DNA of 56,770 bases, counting the filler, from Perkinsus olseni (Eukaryota): assembly GCA_013115125.1 (NCBI GenBank). It is 2 parts of 2 records of this genome, joined end to end, with 100 filler letters (N's around TTAATTAATTAA, not from the genome) between each part and the next. Parts side by side here need not be neighbours in the genome. Positions count along the whole stretch, not along the records: positions 1 to 28,356 come from JABANN010000449.1; 1 more part is not named here. The stretch is one strand, 5' to 3'. The notes beneath the pieces were generated by a model. That model did no database searches, was not told where the DNA came from, and worked only from the letters and a program-made list of their open reading frames with translations. The position numbers and the translations under genes were made by a program. Below, one piece after another: positions 1 through 11,894 of the stretch. The first letter of the stretch is position 1, and each line of letters begins with the position of its first letter.

Positions 1-726
1 CCCGCTGAGTTTGACTTATTCTAGTATTTCCATGGAAGTATAAAGTAAGACGTGTGAATTAGAGTTTCGTTTGTATGCTATGTTGTCGAGTTACAAGTCG
101 AATGTGTAGTGGAGCAAAATAATGTACGTCGCAAATCGGTCGAACTGGGTAGCTCGGTAATTAACTTGAAACTTTCGGCGTTGAATGTGAAATAGAGTCC
201 TCCCATCAGGGCTGTTGACATGAAGAGAGACCCTGCGAAGGGAGCATCCATGGCAGCCTCGCACGTCGGATTTGAGAGAACGTTATCTACAGGAAGGTAT
301 GTTGCCTCGGCTGCGCAGATGTTCGTGATGGATAGGGTTTAGAACAACACACAGAATCGGTGTACTGCTCTGAAGTGAAGCACCACTAGTCGCATCGAAA
401 ACCTGGATTTTCCTACGAATACCAGTCTGTGTGTATCCGAGATGAATCGGTCGATTCTTAATTATTAGATACACTCAGGGCGCTCCACCACTCGTTCAGC
501 ATTGCTACCGTGAGTTTCGAGGTTAGTCACAGAGCGAATCAGAACTATCTACCAGACCCAGACGACTCGTCTGGAGTGAACCCCGAGGCCTCGTCTGAGA
601 CGAGGCCTTCGGGGTTTCTGATGATACTGATTCCATTTCTGGCTCCCGCTTCGTCGTATGGTGACCTGTGAGTGTCGACAGGATCGACCATTACGCCGTG
701 TAGTTACCTCATTTACGGTTGCAGAT

Positions 727-813
727 CTGAACCAAGCTCCCTCAGAGGTACGTCGGTGATGCTAGTCTAACTAAGCCGTACTGTCGTAGGCGTAGGACTT
801 TAAACAGACACAC
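727..813 (+). repeat. Short dispersed repeat, copy 1
   Basis: CCCTCAGAGGTACGTCGGTG[A/G]TGCTAGTCTAACTAAGC shared with 32598-32680. Confidence 0.85.
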
Positions 814-1008
814 CCGGTCGCAGAACGACTGTCCACAATATTGAGGAGCGTGGCTCTTCCTCAACAGCCACCACCTCAAGAACGCAACCACGCCAGAGGA
901 GTAATAGGAAAAACACATTTATTTAGAGTATAAATGATAGAGGGCTCATCATCCATCACGGTCGAAGAATATCCAGAAGGGATGTAGCAGTGAACGACGG
1001 CGGCAAGT

Positions 1009-2779
1009 CTACTGTGTCCTGGAAAAGGATATCCCCATAACAATGAGGGACCCTACAAGGGTCGCCAAGAGGATGAGGTCAGCTGAGGGGGAGTCATTGG
1101 AAGCCCAGTCGAGTAGGGTCCCGAACTGCTCACCTCCAGAAGTTCCATCTCGTCGCTCACGGTCGGGTTGATGCGCTACTGGACACTTCCCGGTGGGTGT
1201 AGTGGCTGCTGCCGGGCATCCTTGGTGGCTTCCGCTGGCGGAATTACCAGTCGAGTGCCGCCTGAGTACAAAAACTTGTGCCATATTGCCAAGACCAGTG
1301 CCCCGTTTCGGGGCTCTAGCCTCACCCAACGTCTGCGGAGCCGATGATCATTCTGTCGTTGAAGTCAGGCTCGATGTCCCGGGTGAGCCAGAAGGGAGGG
1401 TTGTAGGGAGGGACCATCTGACGAGGCTTGAAGACATTCGAGAGTCGCTCAATACCACACCTTCGATTCATCCCCTTGCAGACATGGCACCGGCTCCAGA
1501 CCGAGGGACACCTTATAGGCCCCTACAGCCGTACGGACGAGGGCCTTGATGAGAAGAGGGTGTTCTAGGAAGGACTCTGAGCACCCGTGGACGGCGTCAG
1601 GAAGGCCTGATGAGCGGCAGGTTTCATGCGGGCTCGAGTGTGGATGTCATCGTGCACTCGTCATCACTCACCGGGTTCTCCTCGTGACTGGAGGCCCTTG
1701 TTTATCCGCTGTACGTATGAGGACCCGGTAGTGCCATTGGATGCCGACAGTACCATAACTTCCTCAACTCCCTCCCCCGATAGCAGCTCAGAGACGTGCC
1801 GATACACTCGACGTTGGGACTGAAGGCATGACTAACTGTGGCGACGACCAGCGATGACGATTCGAGTTCACCTGCGGCGAGCGGACAGTCTGAACGTAGA
1901 GGCCCTCACAGGACTTCACGCCGGCGGAGCGAAGCACTTGCTCGTTTATTCGACGATGAAGATGCTGCCAGAAATGCTCACAACCATCACCATGCGACAG
2001 CACCAGCGCAGCCGTCCGAGATGGAACTGAGGGTGCCAAGTCCGACACAAAAGGAGACAGCCTTCCTACTACCTCTCATCTCCGGCACCATCTTTTTGGC
2101 CTGTTCCGCTATGATCTCGGGTAGCACATCATGTTGATGGTCCAGAGGCGTGCACATGGTGACCGGCAGCCTGCCAACGTACCGAGGGATCTTTGGGTCC
2201 TGAACACGACTACTCGCTACTCGAGAAGTTTGAGATGTCTTACTTGGTCAGGATGATAGCGGATGTTGAGAGCGTTGGGTAGGTCCCTCTCCGAGTGAGA
2301 GCTCACTGATGTGAAGATCGGAACCGCAATGACCCTATCCATGCCTGAAGGACCCTCAATAATACACAAACAGGCCATTGAAGAATTTACCCCGAGGACC
2401 CGAAGATCATTCCGACAGCGATATGATGGTCTCAGAAAATCCGATCAATTTTCACTAGCAAGAGCCTCGTACTCCGCACGATTCCTACGAGCCCTCACAT
2501 GACCTCCTCCTCCTCCTCCTCCGTCTACCTTCAGCCTCCAACCTGTCCATCGTCGTCTTGATGTCTGGCCCAGCGAACTCCATATGGCACCATCTCAACG
2601 CCTCGAACGTACCACCGTAACTGTTATCGACCATACCACTCCTTTCGTAACTCATCTCTCTACCCTTCTTCCCTCAGCTCCTTTTCTATCGCCGGCAGCA
2701 TCTCCTCATGTGCCTTGTTCCAGGGTGGCATCGGTGCTCCGTGATCGATAAAGATGAGCCCCACCTTCGGCGCGTCCAT
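1009..2779 (-). CDS. CbiX/SirB-family (class II) chelatase-like protein, paralogue A; multi-exon; C-terminal Cys-Pro motifs and predicted transmembrane tail
   Basis: Manual splicing gives MDAPKVGLIFIDHGAPMPPWNKAHEEML...RWCHMEFAGPDIKTTMDRLEAEG...DRVIAVPIFTSVSSHSERDLPNAL, matching the CbiX pattern (HG, ME..P.I, VVVP.F...H..DIP). A second domain starts RTAALVLSHGDG. Last exon (1009-1261) is in frame after a GT-AG intron at 1262-1325. Confidence 0.75.
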
Positions 2780-2904
2780 GGCGACGAGACAGTTTGCACT
2801 GAACGGTCACCTCCCACCCTCCTCCATCCCCACACTACAAAACCCAACCCTTATGATATCAGGAACGAGGAAACATAATTGAAAAAATCAGGGCTGTCTT
2901 AAAC

Positions 2905-5000
2905 TTATGCCCCCACAGTTTTGTTGTTCGCACCAACCGTCTTCGGCCCCTCCAAGGCGGCCCTGAGAAGATCAACTCCATCCCTTCCGCCGCCGCGAAC
3001 GAATATTACTTCCGATCAGTAGATGGCCTTATGATCGTCCTGTCGTTGTGTCCGGGCGCAGCATCTCTGGTGAGCCAGAACGGAGGGTTGTACGGCGGCA
3101 CCGACTACGATACGCACACCATCGATCTCCCCAACCCCGGCAGTAGTCTACCTTCTTCTCTTCCCCTTGGAGCTCCGGCACCTCCTTCCTTCCAGTGCTC
3201 ACTTGGCACGCATGCACGGCACAGTCGACCAAGGCCGACACCATCAGAGGGCTCGACAGGAATAGAGTTTGACATCCGACAACCCCCGAGGGCAAACCTG
3301 AACAAAATATCTTCACGCCTAGGTTGACCGTAGGCTACCACGGATCAAAGATACCATCAATTATACCAATATCGCTGGAAGCACCATCAGCGACCACCCC
3401 CTGCCACTACCCTCTTCGTTCCTTTTGGCAAGGCCGTCAGCAGCCCGGGTCACGAACGTCGCCCCGGACGTACCGTTGAAGGCGGTCAGGACCAGCAGAG
3501 TGTCCACTCCCACCATAGCCCCCTTGCAATAGTCTCTCAACCTTCTCTGTGCCTGAGGAACGCACAGTCGAGAACACCAACAGCCAGCAGCAGCAGCAGC
3601 AGAACTCGCTGCACTACTACCGCGGGAGACCGGAGGGTCTGCACATAGACACCTTCACACGACTTTATACCAGTTCTTTCAATAACAAGGTCATTAATGT
3701 CTCTATGGAGATGCTGCCAGAAATGCTCACATCCGTCGCCATGGGAGAGGACGACTGCCGCGGTGCGGGTCGGGTCTGATAAGCACCACTGACTGTCACC
3801 AACGTGCCCGTCTCACACCCACGGAGTCCGACAGTTCCCTCCACAATTGAAGAGTTTATCAGAAAATCTAGCTTGCATGCCAGTACGTTAGCCCAACAGA
3901 ATCACCATTGTTCATGTAAGAAATAATCTCAGGCTTGCCCGTAGGAAAAAGCTAGAAAATAACAGGGCAGGCTGCCAGACTCACCCCTCCCGTCAGTCAT
4001 CATGTCCACAGCCTGCTGAGCGATAACCTTGGGGAGGAGGCCGTACTGGTGGTCCAAGGGCGTGCACAGCGTCACCGGAATGTGGCCGGTGTAGCGGACC
4101 ATCTCTGAATCCTGAAAGGAGTGGTATGGAGCTGTCAATAGTTACAAGACTACCTGATCTGGATGGAATCTGATATTCAAAATGTTAGGAAGATCCCTCT
4201 CCGAATGGGAGCTGACGGATATGAATACTGGTATCGCGATAACTCTGGATACTCCTGAACACTGGACGATAGCCGGACAGGGGAGAAAGCAGGAGCCCTC
4301 GCGTACCTCACCGATCGCCCTAACGCCAATACAATGGGCTTCCAATAAGTGTGAAATAATTAGAGAAGAAAACGAGATATGGTACGATAACTTCTATCAA
4401 GCACAATTCTCCGCGAGTACAACAATACAGAAGCACAAAAGTCAGAATTTTTCGCGGAGTGGGATGTTTCTAGTGATGGGGCATGCACAAAGAGGTAGCA
4501 GTGTACTGAGGACACTAACGATTATGAACACTGCATCAATCACCGTCTGAGCGCAGAAATAATCGAAAAACCATTTTCACCGATGATGAGTGACAGCTGT
4601 TCTACGAGACACACCATTCGAAAGCTTTCTGATGATCTACTATTGAGTCGGGTCTCGGTCTGATATTCAACCTTCGGACAAAGGGTTAGCCGTGGAAAAT
4701 CTTCTCTGACCGGACTATATATATTGAACGCTACCTTCGGCTTCTAGCTTGTTCATGGTTTCGGCGACTGACGGTTGGACGAACTCCATGTGACACCATC
4801 GCACGGCATAAAACATTGTGGCGAGCCTGATGGGAGGAGGACACGATTCGGTGGAGGTGTGGTATTAGGTTTTACTACCCTCGGCGTTCTAGCTCTTCTT
4901 CCACTTTCGGCAGCAAATCCTCATGGCTCTTGTTCCACACAGGTGACGGCGATCCATGATCAATCAGGATAAGACCGATGCGATGGGGAGAAGAAGCCAT
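2905..5000 (-). CDS. CbiX/SirB-family chelatase-like protein, paralogue B; multi-exon; short soluble C-terminus
   Basis: MASSPHRIGLILIDHGSPSPVWNKSHEDLL...RWCHMEFVQPSVAETMNKLEAEG...RVIAIPVFISVSSHSERDLPNIL...RTAAVVLSHGDGCEHFWQHLHR...PPYNPPFWLTRD. Exons are colinear with paralogue A and intron positions are shared, including the last phase-2 intron. Confidence 0.75.
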
Positions 5001-5158
5001 GAGCTGACGGGAGATATAAAAAACCTTTAGTCAACCTATTCCGTATCTTCCACTATTCAACCTCAAGATACCACTCAAGATCCATTGTCTCTATTACACA
5101 GTGTACCATGTCGTTAGCAGCAGCAGCAGATTCCCGTTCGTTATCGAATTTAATAGCC

Positions 5159-5587
5159 TCAATCAGACACTTGCTTCTTCTTCGTCAAATTAACGCTCTC
5201 CCTCTTCAACACGTGCAGCAGCGTCTGGCTCGACTCGAGGATCTTCATATACGCCGCCTCGGTCTCCTGGATCGTCTTGTCGTACTCATTCCGAGCCTGG
5301 GTCTTGCGAACGAGCGACTCTGAGGATAATAGTCATTGCAGAGCGCAGCGTGGACGTACCGTTTATCCTCTGCAGACGGTCAGTGAGCACCGCCAGCTCC
5401 TTCTGTATCTTCCCCTTGTCTTCTTCTTCCTGAACAAAACCCGCAGAGGTTCGATCCCTCGCACCGCCACCATTCCAAGCACCTTCAGTATCTGTCGATT
5501 GAGCTCCTCACGCTTCTCTCTCAAATCCTCAATACACTTGACCAGCTCGCTGTTGTAATTCTGAAGAGTCGAACCCTGACTGGACAT
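5159..5587 (-). CDS. SSNA1: SSNA1/NA14/DIP13 microtubule-associated coiled-coil protein, 3 exons
   Basis: [47 protein letters not shown]...[29 protein letters not shown]; introns at 5430-5482 and ~5320-5359. Confidence 0.93.
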
Positions 5588-5701
5588 GCCCGACGTTGAT
5601 AATAATAATGAACTGGTACGATCGAAATAGGAGCAACATCAGCATAACAGGAACGTGGCTAAAGGAACAACATCAGCACCACAACATGAGTAAAATGAAG
5701 G

Positions 5702-7345
5702 TCATCTCTTCGTCACCATCACCAAGAAATCTTCAACTCCCGGAGTCTCTCGGATCTTGTCAAGGAGGCCATCTGGCAAGCAGGCTGTGATACGGTCCGG
5801 AAGGGCAGGAGAGAGACCGCAAAGTCGACCAAGCAAGGAGAGGGTGCTCGATAAAAGGGGAATATCCTGACCATGGACGACGCAGGCTCGGAGGCAGAGG
5901 TTAGCCAGCAGAGAGATCGACGCGGTGTCGAGGGAGGCCTCGTCCGGGTGGAGCACGGACGCCCAATCGAAAGCGGCAGCATTGGTGGTGATGATGCTGA
6001 CGATGGAGGGATTATGAATGTGATGGTGGAAGGCAGTCAGGACGGTTAGATGCAGGGGAACGATATCTCTGCCAAGGCATCGCAACCCACAATACTGTAC
6101 GCATGCACACTCCAACCTGACCTCCATCGTATCTTGCACTATTCGACCCCAAGATACCAAATCCCTGCATTCGCTCCACGCCAGCAAGGCTGCCGCTCTC
6201 AATTCGTCGCATGTATCTTTGCCTCTTATGATAGACTCGAGTCGACCTCGGAAGCTCCCACCCAGTCCGCTGCGCCACACCGTCAGACAACTAAACTTGC
6301 ATGCCAAACTCCCACCATCGAAACAGCGGCCGAGGACTTCCTTCAACCTTAACTTCATCCCACTATCGGCATCTCGCCAGTCCAATCGCCACAGAAGATA
6401 CGACAAGCACTCCAAATCGAGCTTCGCTCCGCCTTTTTTCCACCGTTCCAATTCATGCAGGAGCGTATCGCTGCAGCGCTTCTCATGAAGACAGAGGGCC
6501 AGCAGCAGACAGGATAACCACCCTGCTTGGCCGAGGCTGACAACGGCCATGTGGTAGGCCCGCGCCGATCGGGCAGGGTTGAACGGAAGGTCAGCGAGGA
6601 AAGATACCATCCAAATGCAGACCAATGCGCGCGCTCGCCACGACGCTAGCTCGGGGGAGGAGGGCGCGGCTTCCACTTCGGATATTGAGTCGAAGAGAGC
6701 GAAGAAAGATGTATCATCGAGCCAGTGAGGGTCAACAGCCTCGCCTTTTCCCCATAATTTTATCAGAAAGTACGATAGGCCATGCAAGTGCTCGATCTGC
6801 TGATCCACGCTGTTCTGTGCAGAGTACGACAACCATTCTCGCAATATCTGATAATCGAATAATTTCGTGGCGAGTGACGGTTCTCACAGACCTTATCGAG
6901 TGGTCGCTGAGCCTTTTTGACCTCCAGCAGTGGATCGCTCGTTCGTAATTCGTCCGAGTAGGAGACTTCCCGTCCGAGGTCTGATGAGAGCGGGGCTACT
7001 ACTATCAAAATAGCTCTGGAGCATTCACTCGTATGTGCCACGGATCGACCTAAGATTCCACTGTCACCTGTGACGACCATCCAAAGATACGCTCGACCCC
7101 TGCTGTCAATGACGTCCTTGGAAAGATTCTCCACGGTGAGAGGCGTCTCACGACAGCAGTACCGCTCCACCTGTGCATCTAAGCGAAGCAATCATCAAAC
7201 GCACCATCACCACGCGGAACCCACCATGAGTATTCCGACCAGCGAGGTCGACGCAGCCGAAAAGATTGCTCCTTTCCTTGGCCAGCTCAAGCTCAAGTTC
7301 GTTCTCCTGTAGCTTCAGCGTGATCGCATCAAGCTTCTTCTCCAT
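5702..7345 (-). CDS. Hypothetical Leu/Cys-rich helical protein, probably multi-exon with an N-terminal coiled coil
   Basis: 380-aa ORF 5702-6844 plus upstream same-strand ORFs (MEKKLDAITLKLQENELELELAKER; 6763-7191). No family recognised and exon linkage is uncertain. Confidence 0.5.
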
Positions 7346-7516
7346 CGACTTCAACTGCGACTACCGCTGCGGCACTCTGCGCGGTGAAAAAAGCGCACGC
7401 CACTCTAATCGATTATGCGAATGTGCGTGCTAGTTTTCCAACGCGCTTCCGGCTTGTGGACTGTCTCTGATGCGTCAATTTATCATTCAACCAGTACGTT
7501 CGGATACCCCTTTATC

Positions 7517-8416
7517 ATGGCTCCTCGTCAACCTCTCCGAGTTAGCGATGCTTTCGGTCTGTCCGACTCTGAGGACGAGAGCACCATCCCCAAGGACGCT
7601 AAGCTGTCGAACAACCGAGGTGATGATGGTCCCCTTCCCCGTCCCTGCTGGACCGCTTTGTGTGCAGGTTCTAGTACCGGTGTGACTATGAATGTCAACG
7701 GCACAGTACGGTCGATGAAGTACGCCAACCATTCCCTCTTCCAGGGCTATACTAGTGTAAGGGCGAGCATGCGGTGATCACCTTCTTGACGATGCGATTT
7801 TCTAGGTTTACGGTGGTTTCATGCATCATGAGAAGGTGCTTGAGCAACAGCCTCAGGCCGAATCGACTGAAGGTGTGGATGGTCGTATCTTATGTTGAAG
7901 CGTGGTCATCGCAAATTCTACCGCCGACCAACGACTTAGGTATGAGCAGCATTCTCGGTTCACGAGAGTCTGAGGAAGAGTCCTCGAGTGATCGAGGCGA
8001 CGGATCTGAACCAAAAACTGCAGCCAAAAGGAAGCATTCATCATCGCTTTCTAGACAGCAGCTTGACGAAGGTGCGCCGTGAGAGCTTTTAGTGTTTGTC
8101 GTGCGTTGTTTCGGATGCTTGATGTTGTCGGGGTGTGTGTAACGATGACTACTATCGGTTGTTTGCTTTGGACATTACAGTCACTCCGAGTAAGAAGTCG
8201 ATGAGAAGATCGTCACCACCACGGCCGCCGCTGGCATCATCAGAGCAGCAAGCCGGTCGTCCAGCAGCTGAGCAGCCGCCCTTCATCTGCCATCTTTGTG
8301 CTCGGAAGTTCAAGTCATCAGCTCATTTACTGAAGCACGAGCAGTTGTCGAGGATGCACCGGGACAACCTCCTCAAACAGAAGGAGAAAGCTGAGATCAC
8401 TGCCTCTTCGGCATGA
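7517..8416 (+). CDS. Small multi-exon protein with a C-terminal C2H2 zinc finger resembling that of RBM5/RBM10
   Basis: Starts MAPRQPLRVSDAFGLSDSEDE; last exon has CHLCARKFKSSAHLLKHEQLSRMHRDNL. Confidence 0.6.
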
Positions 8417-8515
8417 TGGCTTTGGTTTTATTCTGTATTATTCTTGTTATATTTTGCACATTTTTTGAGAACCACTTGTAATGTTGCGTCCAAGTGTGGG
8501 GAATGGTGACACTTA

Positions 8516-9051
8516 ACCATTTCCAGACCTACTTAGTAAAACCCCAAAGCAATTCAATAAATCCCAGGGCAAATTAGTAAACCCCCAAAGCAATTTAATC
8601 GGCACACGAGACGCATCCGGATCGCCCCTCCTTCCGGCCCGGGGACTCCGGCCATGAGTGGCGGGAGATGCGGTAGGACGAAGTCAGAGTACCTCCTGCC
8701 GTACTGTGATATGTTGCTCTGAGAAGACGTTGAAGCGAGTACTATGCAGCTTTGTATACGATGCTTCAATCACGCTCAAACCTCGTATCCTTGTTGCTCA
8801 GCAATGGAAGGCGTGCCAGTCGGAGCCCCAATTCGAATGTTTAACGATTAAACTTCAACCTGCGATCTGTAGGACACCGAGGGCTTACTTCATGTAGGCT
8901 GACGTCGTGAGTTTTTCCGTACTTGTTAGTGATTTTGGTGGGCTCTACTAAATTGGTCTTTCATAAAATTTAATTGCTCTGGGCTTTTGCTAATTTGGTC
9001 CGGGCTTTATTAAATTGCCTTGGGGTTTTACCAAGTAGGTCTGGAAATGGT
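8516..9051. mobile_element. Non-autonomous DNA transposon (MITE-like) with ~80-bp imperfect terminal inverted repeats
   Basis: Left ACCATTTCCAGACCTACTTAGTAAAACCCCAAAGCAATT; right end reverse-complements to ACCATTTCCAGACCTACTTGGTAAAACCCCAAGGCAATT; internal sub-repeats. No clear TSD. Confidence 0.75.
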
Positions 9052-9671
9052 GTAGAGAGCAGACCGGAGGGGAATCCCCTCGGGGGATGCTGGACTGAGA
9101 GCAGGCTCTTGTGAGTGCAAGGGATGTTATAGGATGGACGAGGTGCGTGAATCCATAAAACATTGAGAACGTACCACACGCTCACCTCGAAGCTGCAGGT
9201 TGGGTGTCCATCGTGCAGTTGCTGCCCTCTGCTCTCACGGCGTGCTCCACATGAGCGGCGGCAGTCGTGCCATGATGGGGGATACTTTTTGTCCGATGCG
9301 TACGTGATGACGACTGTGCCGTGGCTGATCGTAAACTGTCGCAAACTCGAGCATGCACGCTAGTATTGGTTCCATTTTATAATTTCTCCGAGTTTTGCGG
9401 GGGCATCGCTGAGACTTTAACGAAGGTACCTTACCAACGATCCATCTCAGGACTTAGCCCGGATGTTCGCTCGGACTGCAGAATTGGTTTGACGGAAGAG
9501 CAATAGGTGTCGATGAGGGTGAGTCGTCGCAGCCAGGCGGATTCGGTTGTGTCGCTGTTGGTCAACAACGGGGGAAGCTAAGACACCAGGGGCGCACGCT
9601 TTCGACGGTGACGCCGAGTAGGGAGTTCCGCTGCTCATCGGTGTGACTGCAGAAGTGTTACTTTCCCCGGT

Positions 9672-10469
9672 ATGACTATCATTCCTCAATGGTCCTATGA
9701 TGATCAGTCTGCCTGGCCTGGTGTGGGTAAGAAGGGTAAATCTCAATCGCCGATATCTATTGAGACCGCTGCTGTCGACCAGTCGGTTATCTTAGAAGAT
9801 CTTCAAATCAATTATGGTCCAATTGATGATGCTGGTCTGAGTATCTCAAATCATGGTATTAATGTTTTAGTCGACGATGGTCAGAAGAGACACAATATTG
9901 GTAACGTCCGTATGTATGAAGAAGACACCTTCGTTTTGGATCATTTCCACGCTCATTGGGGTTTGACCGACGAGTCAGGCAGCGAGCATCTACTCGAAGG
10001 TATGGCCTATCCGATGGAAGTTCACTTTGTTCATTACAACGAGAAATACGGAAGTGTCGGGGATGCTAAGGGGAAGGCTGGTGGCCTGGCTGTCTTGGGC
10101 GTCTTCTTTGAGATCGGTGACGCCAACCCTGAGATTGAGAAAATTCTCGAAGCCGTGAAGACCGGTAGCGACACTGTTGGCTCCATCGACTTGTACGGTT
10201 TAATCCCCGAGGATGCGGGTACAAAGTTCTTTGGTTATGATGGTTCCCTCACCACACCTACCTGTGATGAGAATCTTCTTTGGCATGTGGCGAAGACGAC
10301 AATGACAATGAGTGAGGATCAGATGAAGATGCTCAGGTCTGCTGCTGGCCCCGATGGAGATGTCATCGCCCCCAACTATAGAGATGCTCAACCATTGAAT
10401 GGGCGCAAGATTTTTATAACCGATGGCTTGAAGGAGGAGTTGAGCATCAGCCGCAATCGTTTGCCGTGA
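9672..10469 (+). CDS. Alpha-carbonic anhydrase copy 1 (lacks signal peptide and Cys-rich tail; may be a truncated pseudogene)
   Basis: QSPI, HFHAHWG, GSEH, EVHFVH, GLAVLG, GSLTTPTC, NYR..QPLNGR; intronless; near-identical core to copies 3/4 but different termini. Confidence 0.85.
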   Translation: MTIIPQWSYDDQSAWPGVGKKGKSQSPISIETAAVDQSVILEDLQINYGPIDDAGLSISNHGINVLVDDGQKRHNIGNVRMYEEDTFVLDHFHAHWGLTDESGSEHLLEGMAYPMEVHFVHYNEKYGSVGDAKGKAGGLAVLGVFFEIGDANPEIEKILEAVKTGSDTVGSIDLYGLIPEDAGTKFFGYDGSLTTPTCDENLLWHVAKTTMTMSEDQMKMLRSAAGPDGDVIAPNYRDAQPLNGRKIFITDGLKEELSISRNRLP

Positions 10470-10693
10470 ACCAAATACTAATGTCATTTCTAACCGTATC
10501 GACTTGATAGTGTGTTGTTGAGTTCGTCGAGTGCGCCACAGCATCAAATCATACGCGAAGAGAATGAATCTGGGTACAAAGCATGGTGACTGTGATGATA
10601 TCGAATAGTATATTCGGAGTAGTGTAATGCGGGGAGCTCCCCGCTTAACACATCAGGAGTAGTGCTGAAGGTCCTCGTAGAACCTGTTCGCAG

Positions 10694-11290
10694 CTACTCC
10701 CTTCGCTTTCTTGGCCTCAGCATTGAATTTCCGTCGCGCGGCACTACGCACCTTACGGTGATGAACCGTTGAGGGAGCGTCAGTGACGCTGCGTCACTGA
10801 CGCTGATATGACGGTGATATCGCCGCTGGGCCCTTTTGAACTTAGCCTTCAGCTTCCCTAGCCGAGATGTCCACCAGGTGGCACCTGCCGTGGCGGGAGC
10901 TTCAAGCGTAAACGCATGCACCAGAGCGCTGAGAGCCTCGGTGATGTCGTAGGGCGACAGGTTCCGCAAGAGCTTAGCAGCTTCCCGCTTCACCGCCGCG
11001 ACATCTGTGAGCCCATGGGCAAGGCGAGGCTTCACCGGGGTGTTACCCGCAACCTCTATCCTGATCAGGCGATGATCAGAGCCCAGCAGATCATCCTCTA
11101 GGTACCAGACTGGCGCCAGCTCATCAGCCGGACCGTGGAGGAATGTAGCATCGATCCATGAACTGTGTCGCTCGGACTCGAAGGAAGGAAGAGACAGCTC
11201 GTCGTTCAGGATCGTGATCTGGCGCTCGGTGCAGCATTGTACCGAATAGTCACCACGAGACCACTGCAGACGATACCGGTTGGCGGCGGT
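10694..11290 (-). mobile_element. Non-LTR retrotransposon (LINE) ORF2 fragment: end of APE endonuclease plus linker
   Basis: Minus-strand translation ITILNDELSLPSFESERHSSWIDATF...LLGSDHRLIRIEV (S.ID and SDH motifs), followed by WWTSRLGKLKAKFKRAQRRY. Confidence 0.7.
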
Positions 11291-11409
11291 GACCGTAGAG
11301 CCCCAGGACCTTCACAAAATTTAAAGATCTACGCGCGGTCCGCACGGTGCGGAATACATATGCCCGTTTCAGATTCGTACCTCCAACTTTTCTCGCCACA
11401 GCGACTTCC

Positions 11410-11894
11410 GGCCTCTTTCACTAACCCCTAAGATGTAGAAAAAGCGCAAGCCAGGAAAACAGCATGGAATTGTATGCTCTGAGATTCGTACTCACGGGGC
11501 CTGAAACCGTGAGGTATAGACCATACTCCATGCTTCCACGCCCCGTACAATTTTCAGCGGAGCGTAGTAATGCACTTTCACTCGCTTCCGGAGGGTATGG
11601 CCGGGGCAAAGGTTTCGCTGTTCGGTCGAGGCTCGACCTTCGAGCTATACCGAAATCTTGAGTAAGTTTTTGAGGACGTCTAAAGTGAAACGAACTGACT
11701 TTCTTACTCACCGTTCTTTAAGAACTAACGTTAGAACTTGAGGACCTAAGGACCTAACGGACCTAAGTAGACTTACCGCTTCCGATCCCCTTTAAGGGGA
11801 CCCCTTAGTGAAACGAGCTCACCGTAGTTTCTTAAGTTTTGAACTGTTGAACAGTTCCTGTTCTAACTTGAGTAAGGGGTTAGTGAAAGAGGCC
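11410..11894. mobile_element. MITE with perfect 20-bp terminal inverted repeats
   Basis: GGCCTCTTTCACTAACCCCT at 11410 and AGGGGTTAGTGAAAGAGGCC ending at 11894; internal GGACCTAA x3. No TSD evident. Confidence 0.75.

Noticed and set aside
6421-6433. GCGGAGCGAAGC motif copies at 6421 and ~1924
   Set aside because: Inside coding sequence; treated as coincidental.
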